Translations under genes and position numbers: made by a program | Shown here: positions 1 to 12,575 of the stretch, one piece after another | Layout: every line of letters begins with the position of its first letter | How positions within the stretch are numbered: the stretch's first letter is position 1 | Source of the DNA: Euprymna scolopes | Taxonomy: Eukaryota | DNA: 64,000 nt | Direction: 5' to 3' (one strand) | Assembly: GCA_053919585.1 (NCBI GenBank) | Contig: CM132822.1 | Notes under the pieces: generated by a model | Databases searched by the model: none | The model's input: the letters and a program-made list of their open reading frames with translations, nothing else | Told to the model about the DNA's origin: nothing

Positions 1-510
1 ACTGATTGATAATTGATCCAAAAATCCGAAATTTTCATCGTAGAATTACTAAAATGTAGAGTTCCAGGAAAAGACAGGTTTTGGATTAATGGTTGTCATT
101 ACCATGCAGGCGAAAAACTAAAAGATCTGACTTCAGCAACATGTTTAGACATTCACGGAACTGTGTGCATAGACACAAAGTAAAAATAAAAACTATACAA
201 ATAGACAAACACTCAATAAATTGCAAAAATTCAATTCATATCAGGATGCAGAATACATTCCTACATTGTTGACGTAAAGCTGGCTAAATGCAATGGACAC
301 GTTTTGAATATAAAATTGGCTCTCGTCACTATTAAGTTTCAGATGGAGATGGACCAATTAAAGCTGTTTAGCAGATATTTCATAAGCTCCTGCTGATATT
401 CCGAAAGTTTAAACTCAATGTAAGCCACAGATTCAATTATATCAGGATAGATGGAGAATACTTTCCTACAGTATTACCTGAGGGAAAGCTGGCTAAATGC
501 AAGAGAAACG
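1..510 (+). pseudogene. Decayed leucine-rich-repeat coding module
   Basis: Same family as 4625-4900 and 13716-14296; KDLTSATCLDIHG and LRESWLNA motifs. Confidence 0.45.
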
Positions 511-539
511 AAAACCTTATTAAAATGTACCCCTGTAGT

Positions 540-970
540 TCCCGCTGTCGATTCTAGGGAATTGCAGAAGTTGATTAAGAGAGCAGGACCTGAAAACCAG
601 AAAAAATGTCAGATGGAGAGTGACCCATTTTAAGACTTGTTTAGCAGATATTTGCAAGAAACCAGGCCATCTGTAAATTGGGATAAAAGTAAACCTATTC
701 CAGGAGATGCAGTTTAATCACATACAGACATTCAGCATGGTGCTTAAAAACGTGATAGACCGCAATAAATTGGTTGCGGTCTAAGCCAAATAGTGGCCTA
801 GTAACAAGTATGGGTTGTTGGAGTTCCCAAAATGCCAGAATGATCTCACGTTTCTTGATCTTACTGTCCAACGAATCGAGTATCTGAAGGATTCAGTTTG
901 ACCATTGGATGAGCTTTAGTATGGCCAGGATTGTTGCATAAATATGCAAAGTGATGCAAGTATGAAAACA
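540..970 (+). pseudogene. UGP2: UTP-glucose-1-phosphate uridylyltransferase (UDP-glucose pyrophosphorylase) N-terminal fragment
   Basis: Across frameshifts reads ELQKLIKRAGPENQKKCQME..FKDLFSRYLQETRPSVNWDKSKPIP...NKLVAV...TSMGC...RNDLTFLDLTVQRIEYLK. This matches the animal UGP N-terminus (RFLQEKGPSVDWGKI...NKLVVVKLNGGLGTSMGCKGPKS...TFLDLTVQQIEHL). Confidence 0.85.
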
Positions 971-1291
971 AATCAAGGATAGAAACAGTTTTGAGAGGCA
1001 TACCTCTGACCACCGATGCTTATTACACTAAACAAAACCGACAAGCGCCAGATACGTCAATATTTTCATAGCAATCGACTATTATGACATTGAAAATTAA
1101 ATCTTGAAACTCCTCCATATTTTGCATTCAGAGTGCTTTTGTCCTATTATGCTGTTTGTATCGGGTTTTAGAGCAAAGATCGGGTGTGATGTGAATTCCC
1201 AAACCAGTTTCCATTCCAGGTATGCGACCATTGCCTGGAAGTCACCACCACCCTTAATGCCATTCTTCATAGTGTCCGTCTGGAGAGACAC

Positions 1292-2260
1292 GATCTGTAC
1301 GATGATCTATATTTTCCCAGTATCTGACACCAACCAGGATAGGATCTGAGAGGCTCCAAGGTTCAGCGCACCAGCTCCTTTGGTGTGCTACATCTGAGCG
1401 AGCTATGATGCAGCTACCAGCATGTTGAATGACCGGTTACTTCACCCTTTCTGTGGCATTCGCCCATGCTGTTCAATATGGTTATGGACGAGGTGCGCTC
1501 TATCCAAGCTTGCATATCCAATGGGGTCAACGGAGGTGGGGGGGGGTGACGTTGGCTATGCTGATGACCTCACTCCTGTCACAGACACTGGCAGATATGT
1601 TGGTTAGCTTGGGGAAGTGAAGCTAGCTCTGGGAGGATCAAGGATGGTGATTAACTCCTCCAAATGAAGGTCACTTACTATAGTCTCCAGCAAAAAGGCA
1701 AAGCATATTCATTTGGAAGCTGCGGAGTTTGTCTGGTGCTCAACCGGTCCAAGATCTTAACCCTAAGCATTTGAGCTGCTTGGGATCAGATATAATTAGA
1801 AAGTCCTTTCCTTTCCATATCGCAAGGTGGTCCACGACTGGCTGAGCAAGATGCATTCGGCTCCATTGAAGCTGCTGCAGTTCATTTAGCTCTGGTGGGG
1901 ATATGCGATGCCCAGCTTCTGCAGTCGCTGGTCCTGGGTAACATGCACCATAACATGCTCAGGGCATTGGATGTTAATGTGAAAAAACAACGTCCAAAAA
2001 GACTTTCTGGTCGGCTTTTATGCCGCTGTCTCAGGGTTTTAGTGCAGTCTTGGAGGGGGGGGCGATTGCCTTCCTTGGCAACTTACATTTCTTTAAGACA
2101 GTAGGTACCAAACGTTATTTGCCTCTGCAATATCAGGAATTGTACATGAGGTCACCCAGAGTGTTCCATCCCAAACAACTCTGAACCACCCTGCCATGGT
2201 GAGGTGCCCTATGGTGTGTGATAAGCAGTATTAAGATGGAGGGAGGCTACGGTTTCATCT
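1292..2260 (+). mobile_element. Degenerate R2-clade non-LTR retrotransposon RT/thumb fragment
   Basis: APAPLVCYI*ASYDAATSML..GIR[QGDPL deleted]SPMLFNMVMDEV..YADDL..MVINSSK*RSLTIVSSKKAK..APLK..LLQSLVLG...LRALDVNVKK..PKDFLVGFY. The thumb pattern APLKPQQ..LDxxVR..WLxLPxD..GFFHA..GGLG is typical of R2. Confidence 0.75.
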
Positions 2261-2271
2261 TTGGATTAGTT

Positions 2272-2520
2272 TTGCCTGAAAGTATCATGCCTGTACACGA
2301 CCACCATTGTCACATTTGGGCTGGTGCATCTGCTAATAGTCTCATCCTTGGATAGAGTTCAAAAGAAAGTCATCAACCTGAAAGGTCCTGAACTGTCGTC
2401 TAGCTTCAAGCTCTGTCCCATCGACGAAATGTTGCATTTCTCTACCTGTTTTACAGGCATTTAAAATGGTGGATACTGATGAACTACACGCTCTTGTACC
2501 CCCTCTACCGAATGCACCGA
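2272..2520 (+). mobile_element. CR1 ORF2 3' fragment (also at 8862-9110 and 22953-23195; a further piece at 9230-9500)
   Basis: Aligns by eye to 29365-29570 of the intact CR1 (CHIWAGAS..LDRVQK..GPELSS.LQ.LSHRR.VA). Confidence 0.8.
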
Positions 2521-2714
2521 GATATATATATATATATATATATATTACACACACCGAGTAGAATTATATCCGGGCTGAAGAATCTACTACTTAGAATAAA
2601 AAAAGCAAAAAAAAAACAAAAAAAAACAAAATGTTAAATAATAGGACCTGCTCCATTAGCAGAGCTCCAACTCTTGTCTTATCGCTTCAATGTCTCATTT
2701 CCATATAAATGTTT

Positions 2715-3410
2715 TTGAAAAAGATGTGTAAAGGCGAAGAGGAGAAATGTTTATGGCCAGTGTATAGCGGAACAGAAAAACGCTCGCCAGGGGGCTGACA
2801 TGAAAAAAGACTAAGCTGGTGTCAAGACAAAAATACCGTAGAACAAAAAAGAACACAGACCTGAATTTATTGGACTAATCTGTTTCTCATTCATATACAG
2901 TCTGAAAAAGGTCAGAAGTTACATCAGCCAAAATGCAGTGAAAATATAATCAATTCTCATCTCCAATAGATTTAGTTTTCTTTATATTTTTGAACCTCCT
3001 CGATGGCCACTAATGTAAGACCTACACAAGCAGAATTGGAGATAAAAAGGAAGACTAGGGAAACTATCGGCGATAGGGGGTAGGTGGTTGTCGAATAAGG
3101 AGAAGTGGACCTGGTCGCACATGAATATCTTCAAAGCTTTTAACCAAAACAAACTGGCACAACCAATATATTGAGGATTTCAAGCAGCTTCAGATGTTGA
3201 GGTGTTAGAGACGGTGTAAAACCTATTATGTAAAAGTCACTGTGTGAGAGTTCCTAACAGGAACCGAAACGGCCGAGCATAACTTTCTCAAATTTCAAAG
3301 CCAGCATAAGGATGCATTGCACGTTTCACACCAAAGAATTAGCTATTAACCGACGCTTGGCAACTCATTAAGTCATTTCGAAGTTTTAAGAACTCGGCGG
3401 CCATTTTTCT
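2715..3410 (+). mobile_element. Degenerate LINE APE-endonuclease/linker fragment (also 10848-11560, 15560-16420, 26390-26670)
   Basis: The longest copy shows IFAQEHF and RARGR motifs, then WHNDILR..SEVDEVFEAWCKIYY.KVTVRVPNR, resembling the EN-to-RT linker of L2/CR1-group ORF2. Confidence 0.45.
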
Positions 3411-3854
3411 CAAGTATGAAAACAAGGTAAAAATGGATTTATTACTATACATATTGATGTCTGTCGCCTTAAATTAAAACGTAAAAGCAATCAGGAATTT
3501 ATCGTTTGAATCTTAAAACTTTGTATCTTTATCATATCCTCATCCACAAAAACAACCATCATAGAAACCCAATAATAAACGTAACAGCATGGATGTATAT
3601 ATGCATCAATGTTGTAAAATGCTGGTAGTGGTTTTTTAAATTTATAAAAAATTCCTTGCTGTCTTTTTACTCTAAAATTCCATTAAACAGTAAAATAAAA
3701 AGCAAATCTTGAATGAAGCCGAACCCACCTTAGATTAGAATTTTAGGCTGAATATTATTATTTTTTTTTTTTTACACATGCGTCATACCTGTATTTACAA
3801 AACAATCACAGACGCCAAGTAATTAAAGCGAAAATATCAATTAATCTAAGTTTT

Positions 3855-4900
3855 ACACCATGAAAATTACTAATCACGTTCAAAGTAGTTAATGATTCCT
3901 AAAAAATCTGAATCTTCATAGAAAGAATCGCTTAATGAATGCAGAATTCCAGGAACAGGAAACTCCTTCAAAGATCTGACTTCAACATGAGTAAAAGACT
4001 TTAGACTAAATTTCTATTAGACAAACACTTTCAATAAGCACCCGCTGAAATTCTGAACAAATGGTTGAACTGTCATAGTAAGCGACCGATTCAATATCAC
4101 GAGATTCAGAGTGCATAACTACAGCATTTCCTGAAGGAAAGCTAGCCAAACCCAAAAGAAACGTTTTGAATAAGAAACTGGTTCTCGTTACTATTAAATC
4201 CCAGATGGAGATGGACCAATTAAAGCTGTTCAGTAGATATTTTAATGAGTTTCTGCTGAAATTCTGAAAGTTTAAACTGTCATGGTAAGCAACAGATTCA
4301 ATATATATCAGGATAGATACGTATACAGTCCTACAGCGTTTCCTGGCGGAAAGATGCCTAAATGCAAAAGAAACGTTGTGAATGAGAAATTGGTTCTCAT
4401 CATTATTGAATTCCGGATGAAGATGGACCAATTAAAAGCTGTTTAGCAGATATTTGCAAGAAACCGGGCCATCTGTAAAATGGAATAAAATCAAAACAAC
4501 TGCCAGATGCGATTAAAACTTATCCAGACATTCAGCAAGAGATTTCAAAAACGTCAAAGAACTCAACAAATTGGTTGCAGTAAAGTTGAATTGTGGCCTA
4601 CAAAGGAGTACGGGTTTTGGAAACGTTTTGAAACAGAAACCGATTCTCGTCAAAATTATGCTGGTGAAGAACTCCTTCAAAAGATCTGAAATCCTCAACA
4701 TGTGCAGACATAAGGAAACGTTTGCATCCAAAAGAATTTTTTCACTCGTTCTTAGAATAGCACTTCATTAGACAACCATTTTAAATATGTTACCCCTGAT
4801 TTTCTAAATGTGTGAAGGTTGAATAATGTCCTGAACACAGACTTGATGAGAATGGATGCGAAGTGTATCCCTAATAATTTAGCAAATTATTCTATAATAC
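3855..4900 (+). pseudogene. Decayed typical-type LRR modules interleaved with UGP fragments
   Basis: My consensus across copies reads approximately GENSFKDLTSSTCLDIQGN-LQRIQVKDFT..LLDNHF.(I/V)PAEIL..LNCHG..IQYI, fitting LxxLxLxxNxLxxIxxxxFxxL. Several frameshifts are required. Confidence 0.55.
4417..4620 (+). pseudogene. UGP2: UGP fragment (divergent class 2)
   Basis: LFSRYLQETGPSVKWNKIK...NKLVAVKLNCGLQRSTGF. Confidence 0.75.
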
Positions 4901-5029
4901 GAAATCTTCCAAGAATTCCTGGAGATTGTACACTTCATACAGCGCATACGTAAAGTGCTTCTTAAATACATATTAATGACCTTGATTTGTCTCCGTAAAA
5001 AAAAAAAAAACACAAATCTTCAATCATGA

Positions 5030-5215
5030 ATTTGAAATCTACCAAAGCTATCCAGCTAAAATCTATCTCTTCAAATACGTAACTGCCTCCTTGGACATCG
5101 AAAACCTAGTCACTAACGTTCCGATAATTATTTTACGGTCATTTTAGACTACAAAAACGATGTAATACTTCCTCCAGTCAGAACCCAACACCTTGAAAAC
5201 TTGTTAAAATGCATC
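5030..5215 (+). mobile_element. Penelope-like RT fragment fused to UGP (also 13215-13400, 17430-17615, 19060-19245)
   Basis: KST...SKYITASLDVENLVTNV...VYKNDVILPP..QHL.NLLKCTT, similar to the PLE RT motif ASLDVESLFTNVP. Confidence 0.7.
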
Positions 5216-5239
5216 ACTCTAGTTCGCTGTGTCAACGGC

Positions 5240-5530
5240 ACAGGGAATTGCAAAAGTTGGTTGAAACAGTAGCACTCGAAAATCAGAAATGTCATGAAGA
5301 TTGACCAATTTAAATAGCTGTTTAACAGATATTTGCAAGAAACCGGGCCACATGTAAATTTGGATGAAATCAAACCAATACCAAAGGACGTGATTAAACC
5401 ACATGCAGACATTTGGCAAAGATCTCAAAAATGTGAAAGAGTTGAAGAAATTGGTTGTGAAGCTGAATGGTGACCTAGGAACAAGTATGGGATGTCGGGG
5501 TCCCAAAAGTGCCATCAGTCTTGAATGATC
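5240..5530 (+). pseudogene. UGP2: UGP fragment (class 3)
   Basis: ELQKLVETVA...YLQETGPHVNLDEIKPIPKDVIKPHADI...KKLVVKLNGDLGTSMGCRGPKSAI. Confidence 0.85.
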
Positions 5531-5534
5531 TATT

Positions 5535-6085
5535 AAATCCGAAAACGTCATAGGAAGAATCACTGAATGAATGCAGAGTTCCAGGGAAACACGTTTTGGA
5601 TAAGTAGTTGTCAATACCATGCGTGTTAATACCCAAAGATCTGACTTCAACATGTTTAGTCATACAAAGAAATGACTGCATAAAATACAAGTAAAAGACT
5701 TTACACTTTCTAGTAGACAACCACTTTCAATAAGTTCCTGAGTTGAAAAGGTCAAACTGTCTTGGTAAGCAACTGATTCAATATATATCAGGATAGATGC
5801 GGAATATATTCCTACAGCGTTTCCTTAAGGAAAGCTGGCTAAATGGAATGGAAACTTTTTGCATAATAAACTGGTTCTCGTTACTATTAAATCCCAGATG
5901 GAGATGAGCCAATTAAAGCTGTTTAGTAGATAATTAAAACTCCTGCTGAAATTCTGGAAGTTTAAACTCATGGTAAGACGCCGATTCGATGTATATCAGG
6001 ATAGATGGAGAATACATTCCTAGAGGTGCCTGAGAGAATGCTTGCTAAATGTATAAGAAGCTGGTTCTCGTCATTATTGAATTCC
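5535..6085 (+). pseudogene. Decayed LRR module
   Basis: Paralog of 13716-14296 and 17935-18310. Confidence 0.5.
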
Positions 6086-6410
6086 AGATGGAGATGAACT
6101 AATTAAAAATGCTCTTGCAGATATTTGCAAGAAACTGGGCCATCTGTAAAACGGAATAAAATCAAATAAAAAGGTGATTAAATCCTAATCTGACATTCAG
6201 CAAAAATCTCAAATACGTCAGAGACCTCAAATTGGTTGCCTGCAAGCTGAATGGTGGCTTAGGAACAAATATGGATGTCGGGGTCCCAAAAAGTGCCATC
6301 CGTCTTGAAACATCTCATTTCTTGATATCACCGTCCAATAAATTGAGTATTTGAAGAGTCCAGATTGTCCATTCAGCTTTAGTATGGCCAAGATTGATAT
6401 ATATAAAACC
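6085..6410 (+). pseudogene. UGP2: UGP fragment (class 4)
   Basis: RYLQETGPSVKRNKIK...KLVACKLNGGLGTN...GPK...FLDITVQ*IEYLK. Confidence 0.8.
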
Positions 6411-7129
6411 GATAATTGAGATTTTAAAAATATTTTAGTATCCACATTATAAGTGGATTGTCTTAATATAGATCATTAAAATGTACAATGAATCAAAGAA
6501 ATTGTCAATGTGAATAGATTGCAGATTTATATTGTACTAAATTCGAGAATAATTTTATACCATGAAAATGACTAATCACTTTCGAACTGATTGATAATTA
6601 ATCCAAAAATCCGAAATTTTCATTGTAGAATTACTAAAATGTAGAGTTCCAGGAAAAGACAGGTTTTGGATAAATGGTTGTCATTACCATGCAGGCGAAA
6701 AACTCAAAAGATCTGACTTCAGCAACATGTTTAGACATTCACGGAACTGTGTGCATAGACACAAAGTAAAAATAAAAACTATACTAATAGACAAACACTC
6801 AATAAATTGCAAAAATTCAATTCATATTAGGATGCAGAATACATTCCTACATTGTTGACGTAAAGCTGGCTAAATGCAATGGACACGTTTTGAATATAAA
6901 ATTGGCTCTCGTCACTATTAAGTTTCAGATTGAGATGGACCAATTAAAAAAGCTGTTTAGCAGATATTTCATAAGCTCCTGCTGATATTCCGAAAGTTTA
7001 AACTCAAGGTAAGCCACAGATTCAATTATATCAGGATAGATGGAGAATACTTTCCTACAGTATTACCTGAGGGAAAGCTGGCTAAATGCAAGAGAAACGA
7101 AAACCTTATTAAAATGTACCCCTGTAGTT

Positions 7130-7560
7130 CCCGCTGTCGATTCTAGGGAATTGCAGAAGTTGATTAAGAGAGCAGGACCTGAAAACCAGAAAAAATGTCA
7201 GATGGAGAGTGACCAATTTTAAGACTTGTTTAGCAGATATTTGCAAGAAACTAGGCCATCTGTAAATTGGGATAAAAGTAAACCTATTCCAGGAGATGCG
7301 ATTTAATCACATACAGACATTCAGCATGGTGCTTAAAAACGTGATAACCACAACCAATTTATTGCGGTCTAAGCCAAATAGTGGCCTAGTAACAAGTATG
7401 GGTTGTTGGAGTTCCCAAAATGCCAGAATGATCTCACGTTTCATGATCTTACTGTCCAACGAATTGAGTATCTGAAGGATTCAGTTTAACCATTGGATGA
7501 GCTTTAGTATGGCCAGGATTGTTGCATAAATATGCAAAGTGATGCAAGTATGAAAACAAA
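7130..7560 (+). pseudogene. UGP2: UGP fragment (copy of 540-970)
   Basis: Near-identical to 540-970. Confidence 0.85.
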
Positions 7561-7879
7561 TGAAGGATAGAAACAGTTTTGAGAGGCATACCTCTGACCA
7601 CCGATGCTTATTACACTAAACAAAACCGACAAGCGCCAGATACGTCAATATTTTCATAGCAATCGACTATTATGACATTGAAAATTAAATCTTGAAACTC
7701 CTCCATATTTTGCATTCAGAGTGCTTTTGTCCTATTATGCTGTTTGTATCGGGTTTTAGAGCAAAGATCGGCTGTGATGTGAATTCCCAAACCAGTTTCC
7801 ATTCCAGGTATGCGACCATTGCCTGGAAGTCACCACCACCCTTAATGCCATTCTTCATAGTGTCCGTCTGGAGAGACAC

Positions 7880-8850
7880 GATCTGTACGATGATCTATAT
7901 TTTCCCAGTATCTGACACCAACCAGGATAGGATCTGAGAGGCTCCAAGGTTCAGCGCACCAGCTCCTTTGGTGTGCTACATCTGAGCGAGCTATGATGCA
8001 GCTACCAGCATGTTGAATGACCGGTTACTTCACCCTTTCTGTGGCATTCGCCCATGCTGTTCAACATGGTTATGGACGAGGTGCGCTCTATCCAAGCTTG
8101 CATATCCAATGGGGTCAACGGAGGTGGGGGGTGACGTTGGCTATGCTGATGACCTCACTCCTGTCCCAGACACTGGCAGATATGTGGGTTAGCTTGGGGA
8201 AGTGAAGCTAGCTCTGGGAGGATCAAGGATGGTGATTAACTCCTCCAAATGAAGGTCACTTACTATAGTCTCCAGCAAAAAGGCAAAGCATATTCATTTG
8301 GAAGCTGCGGAGTTTGTCTGGTGCTCAACCGGTCCAAGATCTTAACCCTAAGTATTTGAGCTGCTTGGGATCAGATATAATTAGAAAGTCCTTTCCTTTC
8401 CATATTGCAAGGTGGTCCACGACTGGCTGAGCAAGATGCATTCGGCTCCATTGAAGCTGCTGCAGTTCATTTAGCTCTGGTGGGGATATGCGATGCCCGG
8501 CTTCTGCAGTCGCTGGTCCTGGGTAACATGCACCATAACATGCTCAGGGCATTGGATGTTAATGTGAAAAAACAACGTCCAAAAAGACTTTCTGGTCGGC
8601 TTTTATCATGCCGCTGTCTCAGGGTTTTAGTGCAGTCTTGGAGGGGGGGGGGCGATTGCCGTCCTTGGCAACTTAGATTTCTTTAAGACAGTAGGTACCA
8701 AACGTTATTTGCCTCTGCAATATCAGGAATTGTACATGAGGTCACCCAGAGTGTTACATCCCGAACAACTCTGAACCGCCCTGCCATGGTGAGGTGCCAG
8801 ATGGTGTGTGATAAGCAGTATTAAGATGGAGGGAGGCTACGGTTTCATCA
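7880..8850 (+). mobile_element. R2-clade RT fragment (unit 2 copy)
   Basis: Near-identical to 1292-2260; GYADDL in ORF 8010-8192; FYHAAV retained. Confidence 0.75.
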
Positions 8851-9110
8851 TTGGATTAGTTTTGCCTGAAAGTATCATGCCTGTACACGATCACCATTGT
8901 CACATTTGGGCTGGTGCATCTGCTAATAGTCTCATCCTTGGATAGAGTTCAAAAGAAAGTCATCAACCTGAAAGGTCCTGAACTGTCGTCAAGCTTCAAG
9001 CTCTGTCCCATCGACGAAATGTTGCATTTCTCTACCTATTTTACAGGCATTTAAAATGGTAGATACTCTGATGAACAACACGCTCTTGTATCCCCTCTAC
9101 CGAATGCATC

Positions 9111-9157
<47 letters not shown>

Positions 9158-10339
9158 ATTACACACTGAGTAGAATTATATCCGGGCTGAAGAATCTACT
9201 ACTTAGAATAAAAAAAAAAAGAAACACTTAATAGGACCTGCTCCATTAGCAGAGATCCAACTCTTGTCTTATCGCTTCAATGTCTCATTTCCATATATTT
9301 TTTTTTTACATGAATTTAAATAGAAGGGCCTGAACTTCCGGCACTTGTGTCCAAACATACTCCCAACTAATCCAACAAGCAAAAGGCAACCCATTCACTG
9401 TTGAGGACACCAGAAAACATTCTTCGGACTGAAATTTCCTCACTATTTTGCACTTTCCTGACTACTCACCCGCAAGAGTTTAAATGTGAACATCTTTCTG
9501 CTCAACTGTTATACACAATCCCAAACAGTAACCTTTGCATTTCATTTATGACTTGTTTAGAATAACAGAGCATAAGGAGTGTCTAAACCCATCTAGGAGG
9601 GACCCAATGTATAGGAATCAAATCACTCGCTCCAAAGTATAAAATATGGTTCCTGCAAATACTTATTTTTATGAAGATATAGGAAAACTGTCACAGATTC
9701 AACAACCCAAGTAAAAGGCACATACATGTTTTTCAGTTCTCTCCCTTAGAATGGCATATCGAAATCTTTTTCAATAAGCTCTAAATTTTACTGGTTAAAA
9801 ACTAGTGTTAATTTACCTACAAGATGTCTAAGAAAAGTGGTTCCAAACCAATTTGTCATGGCATAAGTGTCATGAAGATACAAATCTGTCATAACCGGAG
9901 TGGATTGTATTAATGCAAAATTTTAAAATAACAGCCACTAAAAAAAAATTGTCGATGTAAATAGATTTCCTATTTACTTTGTAAATTCGAAGTTAACCGC
10001 ATCCACCACTAAAACAGGGCAAAAAAAAAAAAAAAAAAAAAAAAAAGGAGTGCGTGGATCCCTCCTAGATGAGCCTAACGCATATGAATCAAATTACTCG
10101 CCAAAAATGAAGTCTAAAGAAATAACGTTCCTTTGCATACTTTTTTTACTCATGAAAAAATTATAATTAATAATTATCAGGGATTCAAGAACCCAAGTAA
10201 AAAACCAGACCTGTGTTCCCACCGGCTCTTTCCTTTAGAAAGGCACTATATTAGGAAGCTTTTTAATAGGCTCCACCTGTAGCCCAAAATAGATTTTACT
10301 GGAAAAAAATTTACTCAAGTTGGAGTACCAATTATAAAA

Positions 10340-10520
10340 ATACAAACTCGAAAGGGGATCATTTCTAAAATGCCTACACTCGTGTATCATATAGCAAACG
10401 CATTACACAACCTTATATATAAAAGATACTACCACCAACGCAATACATCGATAACCAAACTCCCAATAAACATGACTGCCTCCTAGACACCAAAACCTCC
10501 AAACATTCTGATAAAAACCC
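10340..10520 (+). mobile_element. Penelope-like RT fragment
   Basis: IISKMPTLVYHIANALHNLI...TASxD, similar to PLE RPIISQIPTPTYxIAKxL. Confidence 0.55.
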
Positions 10521-11906
10521 CATGAAAATAAAGTCAGACAATGCTACCCCGTTCACCCCCCACCTCCAGTTATAAATAATACTGATAATATGCCCCCCTT
10601 AAATTAAAACGCAAAAGCAATCAGGAATTTCACGTTTGAATCTTAAAACTTTGTATCTTTATATCCTCATTCACAAAAACAGCCTTCATAGAAACCCAAT
10701 AATAAACGTAACCGCATGGATGGATACATGTATCAATGTTGTAAAAAAAAAAAAAAAAAAAAAAAAGTACCAGCATTTTTACATTTGCAAAAATTCCTGT
10801 CCTTTTACTCTAATTCCATTAAACAGTAAAAGTAAAAATCATTTAGTTTGAAAAAGATGTGTAAAGGCGAAGAGAAGAAATGTCTATGGCCAGTGTATAG
10901 CGGAACAGAAAAACGCTCGCCAGGGGGCTGACATGTGACCTCGTAGTGGCTGAAAAAAAAAAAAAACAAAAAAAAAAACAGACTAAGCTGGTGTCAAGAC
11001 AAAAATACCGTAGAACAAAAAAGAACACATTGGACGATTGTTTCTCATTCATATACAGTCTGAAAACTGTCAGAAGTTACATCGGCCAAAATGCTGTGAA
11101 AATATAATCAATTCTCATCTCCAATAGATTTAGTTTTCTTTATACTTTTGAACCTCCCTGATAGACACTAATGTAAGACCTATTCAAGCAGAATTGGAGA
11201 TAAAAAAGGAAGACTAGGGAAACTATCGGAGATGGGGGGTAGGTGGTTGTCGAATGGGGTTGAAGTGGACCTGGTCGCACATGAATATCTTCAAAGCTTT
11301 TAACCAAAACAAACTGGCACAAATATATTGAGGATTTCAAGCAGCTTCAGATGTTGAGGTGTTGGAGACTGTAAAACCTATTATGTAAAAGCCACTGTGT
11401 GAGAGTTCCTAACAGGAACCGAAACGGCCGAGCATAACTTTCGCAAATTTCAAAGCCAGCATAAGGATGCATTGCACGTTTCACACCAAAGAATTAGCTA
11501 TTAACCGACGCTTGGCAATTCATTAAGTCATTTCGAAATTTTAAGAACTCGGCGGCCATTTTCCTCAAGCATGAAAACAAGGTAAAAATGAATTTATTAC
11601 TACATATTGATGTCTGTCGCCTTAAATTAAAACGTAAAAGCAATCAGGAATTTATCGTTTGAATCTTAAAACTTTGTATCTTTATCATATCCTCATCCAC
11701 AAAAACAACCATCATAGAAACCCAATAATAAACGTAACAGCATGGATGTATATATGCATCAATGTTGTAAAATGCTGGTAGTGGTGTTTTTAAATTTATA
11801 AAAAATTCCTTGCTGTCTTTTTACTATAAAATTCCATTAAACAGTAAAATTAAAAAGCAAATCTTGAATGAAGCAGAACCCACAATAGATTAGGAATTTT
11901 TAGCTG

Positions 11907-11943
<37 letters not shown>

Positions 11944-12575
11944 GCGTTATACCTGTATTTACAAAACAATCACAGACGCCAAGTAATTAAAGCGAAACTA
12001 TCAATTAATCTAAGTTTTACACCATGAAAATTACTAATCACGTTCAAAGTAGTTAATGATTCCTAAAAATCTGAATCTTCATAGAAAGAATCGCTTAATG
12101 AATGCAGAATTCCAGGAACAGGAAACTCCTTCAAAGATCTGACTTCAACATGAGTAAAAGACTTTAGACTAACTTTCTATTAGACAACCACTTTCAATAA
12201 GCACCCGCTGAAATTCTGAACAAATGGTTGAACTGTCATAGTAAGCGACCGATTCAATATCACGAGATGCAGAGTGCATAACTACAGCATTTCCTGAAGG
12301 AAAGCTAGCCAAACCCAAAAGAAACGTTTTGAATGAGAAACTGGTTCTCGTTACTATTAAATCCCAGATGGAGATGGACCAATTAACGCTGTTCAGTAGA
12401 TATTTTAATGAGTTTCTGCTGAAATTCTGAAAATAAACTGTCATGGTAAGCAACAGATTCAATATATATCAGGATAGATACGTATAGTCCTACAGCGTTT
12501 CCTGGCGGAAATATGCCTAAATGCAAAAGAAACGTTTTAAATGAGAAATTGGTTCTCATCATTCTTGAATTCCGG

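Noticed and set aside
4006-5720. Minus-strand ORFs (141, 144, 87 and 81 aa) as genes or viral proteins
   Set aside because: They are antisense shadows of + strand UGP and LRR remnants, and their frames are not conserved between paralogous units.
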